A stretch of DNA of 64,000 nt, from assembly GCF_009914755.1 (NCBI RefSeq), contig NC_060947.1. The stretch is one strand, 5' to 3'. Below are positions 42,229 through 56,930 of the stretch, piece by piece. This DNA comes from the human T2T-CHM13v2.0 reference genome, Homo sapiens. How positions within the stretch are numbered: position 1 is the stretch's first letter; every line of letters begins with the position of its first letter. Under the pieces are notes generated by a model. That model saw only the letters and a list, made by a program, of their open reading frames with translations, had not been told where the DNA came from and searched no databases. The translations under genes and the position numbers were made by a program.

Positions 42229-43914
42229 TGCATTAGTGTGTACTCACGCTGCTATGAAGAAATACCTCAGACTGGGTAATTTATAAAGAAATGAGAACTA
42301 ATTGACTCACAGTTCCACAGGCTTGGGGAGGCCTCAGGAAACTTACAACTAGGGTAGAAGGGGAGGCAAACACATCCTTCTTCACAGGGTGGCAGCAAGG
42401 AGAAGAATGAGAGCTGAGTGAAGCAGGGAAGCCCTTTATAAAACCATCAGATATCAAGAGAACTTACTCACTATAACGAGAACAGGATGGGGGAAACCAC
42501 ACCCATGATTCCATTATCTCCCCCTGGTCCCTCCCATGACACATGGGGATTATGGGAACTACAATTCAAGATGAGATTTGGGTGGCTACACAGCCAAACC
42601 ATATCACTGTACCCCTGGCCCCTCCCAAAATTCAAGTCTTCACATTTCAAAATGTAATCATGCTTTCCCAACAGTCCCCCAAAGTCTTAACTTATTCCAG
42701 CATTAACCCAAAAGTCCAAGTCCAAAGTCTCATCTGAGACAAGAATGTCCCTTCTACCTGAGCCTGTAAAATCAAAAGCAAGTTAGTTACTTCCTAGATA
42801 CAATGGGGATACAGGCATTGGGTAAATATATCCAATCCAAATGGGTTAAATTGGCCAAAATGAAGAGGCTACAGTCCCCATGAAAGCATGAAATCCAATG
42901 GGGCAGTCTGTCTTGAAGCTCCAAAATGATCTCCTTTGACTCCATGTGTCACATCCAGGTCACACTGATGCAAGAGGTGAGCTCCCACAACCTTGAGCAG
43001 CTCCACCCCTGTGGCTTTGCAGGGTACAGCCCCCTTCCTGGCTGCTTTCATGGCTGGCGTTGAGTATTTGCAGCTTCTTCAGGCGCATGGTGCAAGCTTT
43101 CAGTGGATCTACCATTCTGTGGTCTGGATGATGGTAGCCTTCTTCTCACAGCTCCATTAGGCAGTGCCCCAGTGGGGACTCTGTATGGGGGCTCACACCC
43201 CACATTTCCCTTCTGCACTGCTTTAGCAGAGGTTCTCCCTAAGGGCTCTGCCCCTGCAGCAGACCTCTACCTGAACACCACAACTTGAGGCTGCATAGAG
43301 CAGGAAGGCCCTGGACCTGGCCCAGGAAACCATTTTTTCCTCCTAGGCCACTGGGCCTGTGATGGGAGAGATGATTTAGGGTATCTGGTGAAAGAAATTT
43401 TTAAGTGGCAAAGCATTGAAGAGGAAGCAGAGCATAAATATTTGAAAAATTTGCAGCCTAGTGATTCAATAGAAAAGAAAATCCCATTTTCTGCAGAGAA
43501 ATTCTCAGCATCCCACTCTACCAGTACCAATTTACTGTATTAGTCCATTCTCACACTGCTATGAAGAAATACCTGAGACTGGGTAATTTATAAAGAAAAG
43601 AGGCTTAACTGACTTACTGTTCTGCTGGTTAGGGAGGCCTCAGGAAAATTACAATCATGGTGGAAGGAGAAGCAAACACGTCCTTCTTCACATGGCAGCA
43701 GGAAGGAGAAGAAGAATGACAGCCAAGTGAAGGGGGAAGCCCATTGTAAAACCATCAGATCTCATGAGAACTTACTCACTATCATGAGAACAGGATGCGG
43801 GAAACAGGCCCCATGATTCAATGATCTCCACCTGGTCCCTCCCGTAATGCATGGGGTTTGTGAGAAATACAAATCATGATGAGATTTGGGTGGGGACACA
43901 GACAAACCATATCA
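42229..43914 (-). mobile_element. THE1C/D-like element, LTRs 42229-42606 and 43536-43914, with a shortened and partly inverted internal region
   Basis: Both LTRs run tg(c/t)attagt...aaaccatatca; TSD-like gctga/gatga. Confidence 0.88.
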
Positions 43915-44908
43915 GATGATGTGTAGGCAAAGCCAACTACCTATGGCTGCTCCCAGGGAAAGCAATTCCACCTTCTTAAGTAACTTAGTAACAGCACAGC
44001 CATTGCCGCCTTCACCTGAGCATTCTGTTGATGACCTATGGCTCACTTCACCCCTACATAACACAGTCAGCATCTTCATGAAGCATGATGGGGGTGGTGT
44101 GAAACCACAGCTCAGCCAGGCTCCACCTCATGCCCAAGATCCAAGCATATCAGTCAGAGGCCCAGGGATTGACCAGCCCAGTTCACCACCAGTAGCACCT
44201 GAGCACTCCTCCCAGGGTCTGACATCAGGCCCACTCAACCTGCTGTTACCACCAAAGCTGGTGCCCACCCCCATGCATCACCTTCCAGTCTGGGCACTGG
44301 CCTCCCCAACCCATCACAGCCACTGCCAACACCAGCATGAGCCTAACATAGCTACTGGATAGCCCTACCATAGCTACTGCCATCACCCACATCATGCAGG
44401 CTGTCCAGGGCCTTAAGGACTGACCCACATGCTCAGCCCATCAATGTCATTCCTGGCACCTGAACAAGCCACCTGGAGGCTTAAGAGTCAGCCTTAGAGG
44501 ACCCATTAACACTGGCACCAATGTGTGCCAACCTAAAACCCAGGGACAGATTTGCCCATCCCACCATTGATGACATTGGGACCCAAAAACTGGCCTACCT
44601 GGCATCCCAGTCACCAGCAAAATTTCACCCCAGCCTCCAGTAGTAGCCACAACCTAAGCCACTGAGGAAATCAGTTATCACTGATGCTGTTTACAGCCAA
44701 GCAAGTCATGCAAAGACTACACTACTCCCCATACTCCAAAGTTAAAGCACTCTCCTATGATAGCAATGTTTTTAATTGGAAAAAGTGACTGTTACATCAG
44801 ATGTATGGATATCAGCGTAAGGACAAAAGAAACATTAAAAAGAAATATGACACCTACAAAGGGACACAATAATTCTCCAGCAACAGATCCCAATTAAAAA
44901 AAGCATAA

Positions 44909-45317
<409 letters not shown>

Positions 45318-46721
45318 TCAGGATACAAATGAGAAATTTACCAAATAGATAGATATAATAAAAACAAACCAAACAGAAATCCTGGAGTAAAGAATTCATT
45401 GTGAGAAATACACACTGGATTCAAAAGTTACAACAATAGACTGTATCAAGCAGATGAAAATCTCAGAACTTGATGACAAGTTTTTTTGAAATAACCCAGT
45501 CAGACAAGAGTATAGAAAAAACAATAAAAAAGAATAAGCAAATCCTTCATGACATAAGGGACACCATAGGTGACAAATCTTTGAATTATCACAGTTCCAA
45601 TAGACAAAGAGAGAATGAAAGGGTAAGAAAACCTATTAAACAAAATAATAGATACAAATTTCCCAAGTAAAGAGATGTAAACATCCAGATGCAGGAAGCC
45701 GAGAGACTGCCAAACAGATACAATGCAAAAAGCTCTTCTCCACAGTGCACTGTAGTTAAACTGTCAAAAGTCAAAGACAAAGAGAGAATTCTAAAATTAG
45801 CAAGAGAAAAGCATCTAGTCACTTATAAAGGAATCCCCATTAGACTAACAGCAGATTTCTCAGCAGAAACCTTATAAACAGGAGAGAATTGGATGATATA
45901 TTCAAAGTGCAGAAAGAAAAAAATTGTCAGCTAAGGACATTAAACCTAACAAAGTTATCCTTTATAAATAAAGCAGAAATAAACTATTTTCCAGAAAAAC
46001 AATAGCTGAGAGAATTTATCACCGCTAGAATGGCTCTACAAAAAATACTTAAGGGAGTCCTACACATGGAAGCAAAAGCATGATATCTACTATCATGAAA
46101 ACATATGAAAGTATAAAACCCATTAATAGAGCAAACCTACAAATAAAGAAGAGAATGGAATAAAATATTATCACTATAGAAAACCACCAAACCACAATGA
46201 TAAACAATAAGAGAGAAAGAAAGGAATGAAGAATATTAAAAACAACCAGAAAACAATGAACAATATGACAAGAACAAAACCTCACATATCCATAATAACC
46301 TTAAATGTGAATGGATTAAATTCTCCACTTAAAATGCATAGAATGGTTAAACGAATAAAAACATGGCCCAAGTATATGTTGCCTACAAGAAATGCACTTT
46401 GCCTGTAAAGACATATATAGACTGAAAGTATAGGGATAGAAAAATATATTTCACACAAACAGAAAGTAAAAATAAGCAGGAGTAGTTAGAAAAAACAGAC
46501 TTTAAGTCAAAATAGTAAAAAAAAAAAACAATATTATTATATCATGATAAAGAGATCAATCCATGGAGAGTATGTAACAATTATAAATATACATGTACCC
46601 GATATTGGAGAACTCAGATTCTTGAAGCAAATATTACTAGATCTAAAGAGAATGGCTCAATATAATAATAGTGAGGGATTTCAACACCCTACTCTTAGAC
46701 AGATCATCTAAAGCACTGGAT

Positions 46722-46911
<190 letters not shown>

Positions 46912-49900
46912 TAAATCAGGCTTTAAACCAAATGGATCTAACAGACATTTACAAAATATGTCATCCAATAGTTGTAGAATACACATTCTTCTCAAAAGCA
47001 CATGGAACATTCTATAGAATAGGCAATATGTTAGGACACAAAACAAGTCTTAAACTTTAAAATACCAAAGTCATATCAAGCATCTTGTCAGATCACAGTG
47101 GAAAAAAATTAGAAATCAATACAAAACAGCTTTGGAAACCACACGAATACATGGAAATTAAACAACATGCTTCAGAAAGACCATTGGGTCAATGAAGAAG
47201 TTAAGATGGGAATTAAAAATCATTGAAACAAATGAAAATAAAAATACAACATACCAAAACCTATGGGATACAGCAAAAGCAGTGATAAGAGGGAAGTTTA
47301 CAGCAATAAATGCCTATATCAAAAAAGTAGAAAGATTTAAAATATTAAATCTTTAAAATTTTAAATAAACTTTTAAAGTTAAAAAAATCTAACAATGTAC
47401 CTTAAGGAACTAGAAAAGCAGCAACAAACCAAATCCAAAATTAGCAGAAGGAAAGAAATAATAAAGATCAGAGCAGAACTACACAAAATAGAGGAAAAAA
47501 ATACAGTGCATCAATGGAACAAACAGTAAGTTTTTTGAAAAGATAAACAAAATTGATAAATTGCAAGCGAGACTAACCAAGAAAAGAAGGGAGAACACAA
47601 ACATTAACAAAATTAGAAATGGAAAAGAAGACATTACAAGTGATACTACAAAAATGCAAGGGGTCATCAGGGATTATTACGAAAACTATATACTAACAAC
47701 AAGAAAACCTAGAGGAACTGGATAAATTTCTGGAAGCATACAACCTAACAAGATTGAATCAGGAAGAAATAGAAAACCTAGATGGAAAAATAATGAGTAG
47801 TGAGATTGAATTAATAATTAAATGTCTCCCAACAAAGAAAAGTCCAGGACTGGATTCACTGCTAAATTCTACCAAACATATAAAGAAGAACTAATGCCAA
47901 CACTTCTCAAACTATTCCAAAAAGTTCAAGGTATAAGAATACTTCCTGACTCATCCTATGAGACCAGCATTACTCTAATAACAAAATCAGAAAATGACAC
48001 AATAAATTTAGAAAAGTACAGGTCAATATTCCTAATGAACATAGACACAGAAATTCTCCACAAGATACTAGGAAACCAAATCCAACAGCACATCAAAAAA
48101 TGAATACACCATGATTAAGTATAATTTATACCAGGGATGCAAGGATGTTTCAACATATGCAAATCATTGAATGTCATGAATCACATCAAAAGAATAAGAA
48201 ACAAAAAGCATATGGTCATCTCAATAGATGCAGAAAAAGCATTTGATAAAATTCAATATCATTTCATGATTAAAAACTCGACAAACTAGGCATAGAAGGA
48301 ACCTTTATTATTTCAAAATAATAAAGGCCATATATGACAAACCCACAGCTAGAATCATACTGAATGGGGAAAATTTGAAAGCCTTCCCTCAAAGAATTGG
48401 AACAAGACAAGGATGCCTATGTTTACCACTTTCATTCAACATAGTACTGGAAGTCCTGGGCATAAGAATCAGGCATAGCAATCAGGCAAGAGAAAGTAAT
48501 AAAAAGAATCCAAATCAGAAAAGATAAAGTCAAATTATTTGTCTTTGTAGACAACATAAACTTACATTTAGAAAAATGAAAATACTATACCAAGAAGCTC
48601 TTAGAACTGATAAACAACTTTAGTAAAGTTGCAGGGTATAAAAACATAGAAAAATCAAGAGCTTTTATATACACCAATAATGAAATATCCATAAAAGACA
48701 TCAAGAGAGCATTCCTATTTATAATGGTCACAAAAACAAACAAACAAACAAAACCTCAGAACAAATATAACCAAAGAGGCAAAAGATCTCTACAATGAAA
48801 ACTACAAAGCGTTCGTGAAAAAAACTGAAGAGGACACAAACAAATGGAAAATCATCACATGTTCGTGGATCAGAGGAATTAATATCATGAAAATGACCAT
48901 ACTTCTCAAAGCAACCTACAAATTAAATGCATTTCCTATCAAAATACCAATGTCATTTTTCACAGAATTAGAAAAAAAATCCTAAAATTTATATTGAACA
49001 AAGTGTCTGACTAGCCAAAGCAATTCTGAGCATAAAAAAACAAAGCTGGAAAAATCACACTACCCAGTTTCAAAATACAAGGCTATATTAACCAAAACAG
49101 CATGGTACTAGTATAAAAATAGACATATACCTCAAAGGAACAGAATAGAGGACCCAGAAATAAATCCACAGATTTACAGCCAATCAATCATTACAAAGTC
49201 TTCAAGAATTTTCATTGGGAAAAGAGGATACCCTCTTAAACAAACGGTGTTGGAAAACTGGATAACAATAATTTTTGATTATTGTGAAACTAGAGCCCTA
49301 TCTCTCACTATGTACAAAAACTAATTCAAGATAGATTAAAGACAAACGTAAGACCTGAAACTATAAAACGACTACAAGAAAACCTAGGGAAAACTCCTCA
49401 GCACCTTGGTTTAGGCAAAGATTTCATGACTAAGTCCTCAAAAGCACAGGCAACACAATCAAAAATAGACAAATGGGACTATATTCAACTAAAAAGCTTC
49501 TGCACACAAAAGAAAGAAATCAATCGGGTGAAGAAACAACCTATGGAATAAGAGGAAATATTTGCAAGCTACTCATCTGACAGGGGATTAATATCCAGAA
49601 TATACAAGGAACTCAATCAACTCAACAGTAAAAAAGACAATAATCCCATCAAGATGTGGGCAAAGAACATGAATACATATTTATCAAGAGGAGACATACA
49701 AATGGTCAAGAGCTATATGAACAAATGATCAACATCACTAATCCTCAGGGAAATGCAAATCAAAACCACAATGAGATATTATCTTACCACAGTTAGAATG
49801 GCTATTATTAAAAAGACAAAAATAACAATTGTTGGCAAGGATGTAGTGAAACGGGAACTCTTTTACAGTGTTGATGGGAATGTAAGTTAGTAATCCCCTA

Positions 49901-50510
49901 TGGAAAACAGTATAATGATTTATCAAAAAACTAAAAATAGAACTACCATACAATCCAACAATCCCACTAGTGGGTATTTATCTAAAAGAAAATAAATCAA
50001 TATATCAAAAAGATGCATGCACTCCAATGTTTATTGCCACACTATTCACAATAGCAAAGATATGGAATCAACCTACATGTCCATTAATGCACAAATGGAT
50101 TAAGAGGATGTGGTCTTTATATATATGACCATAAAAAAGAATTAAACCATGTTATTTGCAGCAACACGGATGGAACTGAAGTACATTATGTTAAGCAAAA
50201 TAAGCCAGGCACAGAATGACAAATTTCACATGTTCTCACTCATACATGGGATCTAAACAAGTAGATCACAGAGGTAGAAAGTGAAATGATGGATACCGGA
50301 GACTGGGAATTGTGTATGGGTTGGTGAAAGAAAGGTTGGCTAATGGGTACAATAATACAACTAGATAGAATATGTTCTAACGTTTGATAGCAGAGTAGGG
50401 TGATTATAGTTAACAACAATGCATTGTATTTTTAAAAATAGCTAGAAGACTTGAAATGTACCCATATATAAATGATAAATATTAGGGTGATGGATATTCT
50501 ATATACCCTG

Positions 50511-51020
50511 TGTATTAGGGTTCTCTAGAGGGAAAGAACTAATAGGATAGATGTATATATAAAGGGGATTTTATTAAGGAGTATTGACTCACACAATCAC
50601 AAGGTGAGGTCCCACAATAGGCCATCTGCAGGCTGAGGAGAGAGGAAGCCAGTCTGAATCCCAAAGCCTCAAAAGTAAGGAAGCCAACAGTGCAGCCTTC
50701 AGTCTGTTGTTGAAGGTCCAAGAGTCCCAAAGCTGAAGAACTTGGAGTCTAATGTTTGAGGGCAGGAAGCATTTAGCATGGGAGAAAAATGTAGGTGGGG
50801 AGACCAAGCCAGTCTAGTCTTTTCATGCTCTTCTGCCTGCTTTTATTCTGGCCACACTGGCAGCTCATTAGATTGTGCCCACCCAGATTGAGGGTGAGTC
50901 TGCCTTTCCGAGTCCAATGATTCAAATGTTAATCTCCTTTGACAACACCCTCATAGACACACCCAGGAACAATACTTTGCATTCTTCAATCCAATCAACT
51001 TGACAATATTAACCATCACA
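50511..51020 (-). mobile_element. MLT2A-type (ERVL) solo LTR
   Basis: tgtattagggttctctagagg...attaaccatcaca; TSD ccctg on both sides. Confidence 0.88.
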
Positions 51021-52086
51021 CCCTGACTTTATCATTACATATTGTACACATGTAATAAATTTCACATATATCCCATAAATATGTACAAATACAATGTATC
51101 AAAAATTTAAATAAAAATAAAAATAAAAGTACAGATTCCAGTGCTAAGCTACATGAAATGTGAAAAATCAGGGAAACATGACACCATCAAAGCAACACAA
51201 CAAATTTCCAGTAACCCACCCAAAATAAATGAAGACCTACGAAATGCCTGATGACGAATTCAAAATAATAAATCTAAAGGAGCTCAGCAAGCTACAAGAG
51301 AACACAGATAGACTACTCAACAACATCAGGAAAACAATACATGAACAAAAAAGTTCCAAAAATATTAGAAATTATTAAAAAAGATCCAAACAGAAGTTCT
51401 GGATCTGAAGAATACAGTGGCAAAACTAAAAAATGCAATAGACCACTTCAACAGCATATTCAATCGGAGAGAAATAATTAGCCAACTCAAAAACACATCT
51501 TTTGAAATTATACAGTAAGAAGAGAAAAAAATGAAAATGAGAAAAGCCTACAGGATTTATGGAACACTATCATGACATACACATTATGATATTCCCCAGA
51601 ACAGAAGTGAGAGGGAAAGGAGAGAAAAGCATATTTAAAGAAATAATGACTCAAAACTTCTCAAATCTGGGGAAGAAAATAGATACCTAGATTCAAGAAG
51701 CCCAAATAACGTCACATAAGTGGAACATAAACAGGTCTACACTAAGGCATTATAATTAATTTGTCAAAAGTCAAAGCCAAAGAGATAATTTTGAATTAGC
51801 AAGAGAAAAGTGACTCATCACATATAAAGGAACTTCAATGAGACTTTTAGTGGATTTCTCAGCAGAAGTCTTGTAGGCCAGGAGAGAGTGGGATGATACA
51901 TTCAAAGTATTGAAATTTAAAAAAAAAACCTGCCAACAAGATAACTATACCTGGAAAAACTATCCTTTAAAAATGAAAGAGAGATAAAGTCTTTCCCAGA
52001 CAAACAAAAACTGAAGGAGATAATCACCATTACATATGCCTTATAAGAAACACTTAAGGGAGTTCTTCAAATTGAAATGAAAACAT

Positions 52087-52390
52087 GCTGGGCATGCACT
52101 CATGCCTACAATCCCAGCACTTTGGGAGCCAAGGCAGGCATATTGCTTGAGCTCAGGACTTCAAGACCAGCCAAGGCAACATGGCAAAACTCTGTCTCAA
52201 CAAAAAAATAAAAAATTAGCCAGGCATTGTGACATGTGCCTGTAGTACCAGCTACTTGGGAGGCTGAGGTAGGAGGAGCACCTGAGCTCAAGGAGGTCAA
52301 GGCTGAAATGAGCTGTGATCACACCACTGCACTCCAGCCTGGATGACAGAGTGAGACCCTGTCTCAAAAAGTAATAATAAAATAAAATAA
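52087..52390 (+). mobile_element. AluJ-like SINE
   Basis: Diverged dimer with J-type ttgcttgagc...aggtcaaggctg motifs. Confidence 0.85.
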
Positions 52391-52889
52391 AAACATGCTA
52401 AACAGCAACATAAAAGCACATGAAAGCATAAATCTTCCTAGTAAGTGTAAATATATAGACAAATACAGAATAATGGAACATTGTAATGATGGTGAGTAAT
52501 TACTATTACCCTAATATAAAAGTTAAAAAACAAAAATATTAAGAATAACTATCACCACAAAAATTTGTTAATGACTGTTCTATATAAAAGGAAGTACACT
52601 CTGACTACAAGAACACAATGTGAGGGAAGGACATAAAAGTATAAAGTTTTTGTATGGGATCAAAGTAAAGTTGTTATCAACTTAAAGTAGATAGTTATAA
52701 CTACAAGATATTTTATGCAAGCCTTGTAGTAACCACAAATAAAAAACCTATAATAGACGCACAAAAGATGAAAAGAATCAAAGCAAATGACTATAAAAAA
52801 CCATCAAATAAAGAACACATGAGAGGACTAGAGGAACAAAACAACAGCAAAATGGAGAGAAAACAATGAGCAACATGGCAATAATATAT

Positions 52890-55162
52890 TGATATGGTTT
52901 GGCTGTGTTCCTACACAAATCACATCTTGAAATGTAGCTTCTATAATCCCCACATGTTATGGGAGGGACCCAGTGAGAAGTAATTGAACCATGGAGGCAA
53001 GTTTTTCCCATGCTGTTCTCATGACAGTGAATAAGTCTCAGGGATGGTTTTATAAAGGGCAGTTCCCCTGCACATGATCTCTTGCCTACCACCATGTAAG
53101 ATGTGCCTTTGCTATTCCTTCACCTTTGCCATGATTGTGAGGCCTCCCCAGGCATGTGAAACTGTGAGTCCATTAAACCTATTTTTCTGTATAAATTATG
53201 CAGTCTCAGGTATGCTGTTATAGCAGTGTAAGAATGGACTAATATAGTAAATTGGTACCCGTAGAGTGGGGTACTGCTATTAAGATACCCAAAAATGTGG
53301 AAGCAACTTTGGAACTGGGTAACAGGCAGAGATTGGAACACTTTGGATGGCTCAGAAAAAGACAGGAAGATGTGGGAAAGTTTGGAGCTCCCTAGAGATT
53401 TGTTGAATAGTTTTGACCAAAAAGTCCAGGCTGAGGTGGTCTCAGATGGAGATGAGGAACTTATTGAGAACAGGAGCAAAGGTGATTCTTGCTATGCTTT
53501 AGCAAAGAGACTGGTGGCATTTTACCCCTGCCCTAGAGATCTGTGGAACTTTGAACTTGAGAGGGATGATTTAGGGTATCTGGTGGAAGAAATTTCTAAG
53601 CAGCAAAGTGTTCAAGATGTGACTTGGGTGCTCTTAAAAGAATTCAGTTTTACTGATTCACAAAGATATGATTTGGGATTAAAACTTATGTTTAAAAGGG
53701 AAGCAGAGCAGAAAAGTTCAGAAAATTTGCAGCCTTACAATGGGAAAGAACAGAAAAACCCATTTTCTGAGGAGAAATTCAAGCCAGCTGCAGAAATTTG
53801 CATAAGTAATGAAGAGCCAAATGTTAATTGCCAAGACAATGGGGAAAATGTCTCCAGAGCATGCCAGCAGTCTTCACAGCAGCCCCTCCCATCACAAGCT
53901 GGGAGACCTAGGAGAAAAAAACTGGTTTTACGGGCCTTGCTGCTTTGTCCAGTTTCAGGACTTGGTGTCCTGCGTCCCAGCCATGGCTAAAAAGGACCAA
54001 CATACAGCTCAGGCCATTGCTTCAGAGAGTGCAAGCCACAAGCCTTGGCAGCTTCCACATGGTGTTGGGCCTGCTGGTGCTCAGAAGTCAAGAACTGAGG
54101 TTTGGGAACCTCTGCCTAGATTTCAGAGGATGCATGGAAACACCTGGATATCCAGGTAGAAGCCTGCTGTAGGGGCAGAGCCCTCATAGAGAACCTCTGC
54201 TAGGGCAGTGCAAAAGGGAAATGTGGAGTGGGAGCTGTCACACAGAGTCCCCACTGGGGCACTGCCTAGTGGAGCTGTGAGAAGAGGGCCACCATCATCC
54301 AGCCCCCAGAATGGCAGATCCACCAACAGCTTGCACTGTGCACCTGGAAAAGCCTCACACACTCAACTCCAGACCATAAAAGCATCCAGGAGGTGGTGGG
54401 GGCTGTACCCTGCAAAGCCACAGGGGTGGAGCTGCCCAAGACCATGGGAACTCACCTCTTGCATCAGTGTGAACTGGATGTGAGACATGGAGTCAAAGAA
54501 GATCATTTTGGAGCTTTAAGACTTGACTGCCCCACTGGATTTCAGACTTGCATGGGCCCTGTAGCCCTTTTGTTTTGGTCAATTTCTCCCATTTGGAACA
54601 GGTGTATCTATCCAATGACTGTACCCCCATTGTATCTAGGAAGTAACTAACTTGCTTTTGATTTTACAGGCTCATAGGCAAAAGGGACTTGCCTTGCCTC
54701 AGGTGAGACTTTGGACTGTGGACTTTTTAGTTAATGCTGGAATGAATTAAGACTTTGAGGGACTGTTGGGGAGGCAGGATTGGTTTCGAAATGTGAAGAC
54801 GTGCGATTTGTGAGGGACCAGGGGTGGAATGACATGGTTTGGCTGTGTTCCTACCTAAATCTCATCATGAATTGTAGCTCCCATAATCCCCAAGTTTCCT
54901 GGGAGGGACCCAGTGGGAGGTAATTGAATCACAAGGGTGGGTTTTTCCCATGCTATTCTCATAATAGTGAATAAGTCTCATGAAATCCAATGGTTTTATA
55001 AAGGGCAGTTTCCCTGCAATGCTCTCTTGCCTGCTGCCATGAAAGATGTGCCTTTGCTCCTCCCCAGCCGTGTGAAACTGTGAGTCTGTTAAACCTCTTT
55101 TTCTTTATAAATTACCCAGTCTCAGGTATTTCTTCATATCAGTATAAAAATGGACAAATACA
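52890..55162 (+). mobile_element. Full THE1B-like element: LTRs 52890-53246 and 54830-55162
   Basis: LTR motif aagggcagttcccctgcac; THE1-int ORF remnant 53295-53990; TSD-like tatat/tatgt. Confidence 0.9.
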
Positions 55163-56009
55163 TATGTTTTCACTTATCAATAATTATTTTAAATATATAT
55201 CAATTGAACTTTCCAGTTCAAAAGACATAAAATGGCTGAATGAAACCAAGTGTTGAGCCATAAATCATAAATCTCAATACATTTCCAAGGACTGAAAACT
55301 TATATATTCCCTGACCACATGAAGTTAAATTGGAAATTAAATAATACACTTTTAAGAACTAAGTGGATCTAAGAAATCACATTATACATCATACAATATT
55401 GTGAAATATTATTATAAAAAAGCAACACATCAAAATTTATAGACTGCAACTAAAACAGTTCCTAAAGGAAAATTTATAGCTTTAAATGCTTACATTAGTA
55501 AAGGAGAAAGGTTCAAACTCAAACACATTTGTAACTTCCTTAAGCAACTAGAAAAACGAGAGAAAAATAAACCCAAAGGAAGTGGAAGGAAAGAAAGAAT
55601 AACAACCAGAGCAGAAATCAATGAAATACAAAACAGATTAAAAACACAAGAAATTTTAAAAGTCAATAGCGTCATTGAAATGAATACTCTGACAAGTCAG
55701 CAACAAAATGAATCAAAAAAAACAAAAAGGAGTGAGGAAACACAAATTCTCAATATGCCCAGGAATGAATGAGAGGATATATCGACAGACTCTAGAGATG
55801 CTGGTAGTATAACAAGGAAATATTAAGATCAACTTCAGTCAAAAAATGCAAAAAAATAAATAGACAAATACAAGTTACTAAAAGTGACTGAAGAAATTTA
55901 AAATGGAAATTGTCCTATAGATATTAAAGAAATTAAAATCAGAACAAAAAACCTTCTTTTGTGAAGAAAACTTCAGACCCATATAGTATTACTGGTGAAT
56001 TCTATCAAA

Positions 56010-56680
56010 CACATAAAAAGCAATAGACGTTGGTGTGGATGTGGTGAAAAGGGACGGTGCATACACTGCTAGGTGGGAATGTATAACCTCTATGGGAAAC
56101 AGTATGGAGATTCCTTAAAGAACTAAAAGTAGATCTACCACGCGATCCAGCAATCCCACTACTGGGTATCTGCCCAAAGGAGAAGAAGTCATTATATGAA
56201 AAACACAAATGCACACATATGTTTATTTCAGCACAATTCACAAATGCAAAGATATAGAACGAACCGAAGCACCAATCAACCAATGAGTAGATATAGAAAA
56301 TGTGGTATGTACACACCGTGGAGAACTACTCAGCCATAAAGAGAAACAGAATAATGTCATTTGCAGCAACTTGGATGGAGCTGGAGGCCATTATTCTAAG
56401 TGAAGTAACTCAGGAATGGAAGACCAAATTACCCTGTGTTCTCACCTGTAAGTGGGAGCTAAGCTATGAGAATGCAAAGACATACAGAGTGATATAATGG
56501 ACTTTGGAGACACACAAGGGGGAAGAGTGTGAGGGTGTGGGATAAGAAAACTACATATTGGGTACAATGTACACTACTCGGGTGATGGGTGCACTAAAAT
56601 CTCAGAATTTACCACTATATAATTCATCCATTTAACCAAAAAGCACTTGTAAGCCAAAAGTTATTGAAATAAAAAAAAAT
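56010..56680 (+). mobile_element. L1PB-type 3' end
   Basis: ctacatattgggtacaatgtacactactcgggtgatgggtgcac...gaaataaaaaaaaa. Confidence 0.8.
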
Positions 56681-56721
56681 TAAACAGTTATTGAGCAACT
56701 ACTATGTCCTGGGTTCTAATT

Positions 56722-56930
56722 CAGGGGCGGGCAAACTATAGCCCCAGAATTTGGCCCATAGCCTGCTTTTGTACGGACTGTGAGTTAAGAATAGTTTTTA
56801 CACGTTGAAAGGATTGCAAAGACAAACATACAAAGAAACAAAGAAGACTGTGCAACAGAGACCACCTGTGGTCTGTAAAGACTAACACATTTCTATCCCG
56901 CCCTTGACAGAAAGAGTCTGTGGGCTGCTG
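56722..56930 (+). mobile_element. MER58 (MER58C-like, hAT-Charlie) remnant
   Basis: caggggcgggcaaactatagccc...tttgtacgg...cccttgacagaaa. Confidence 0.75.

Larger units (their letters stand above)
51130..56005 (+). mobile_element. Old L1M ORF1/ORF2 remnants hosting an AluJ and a THE1B
   Basis: ORF1 motifs at 51700-52080; degenerate ORF2 at 55170-56005. Confidence 0.7.

Noticed and set aside
53295-53990. 231-aa ORF (and similar ORFs at 10075-11380)
   Set aside because: Standard THE1/MaLR internal ORF remnants
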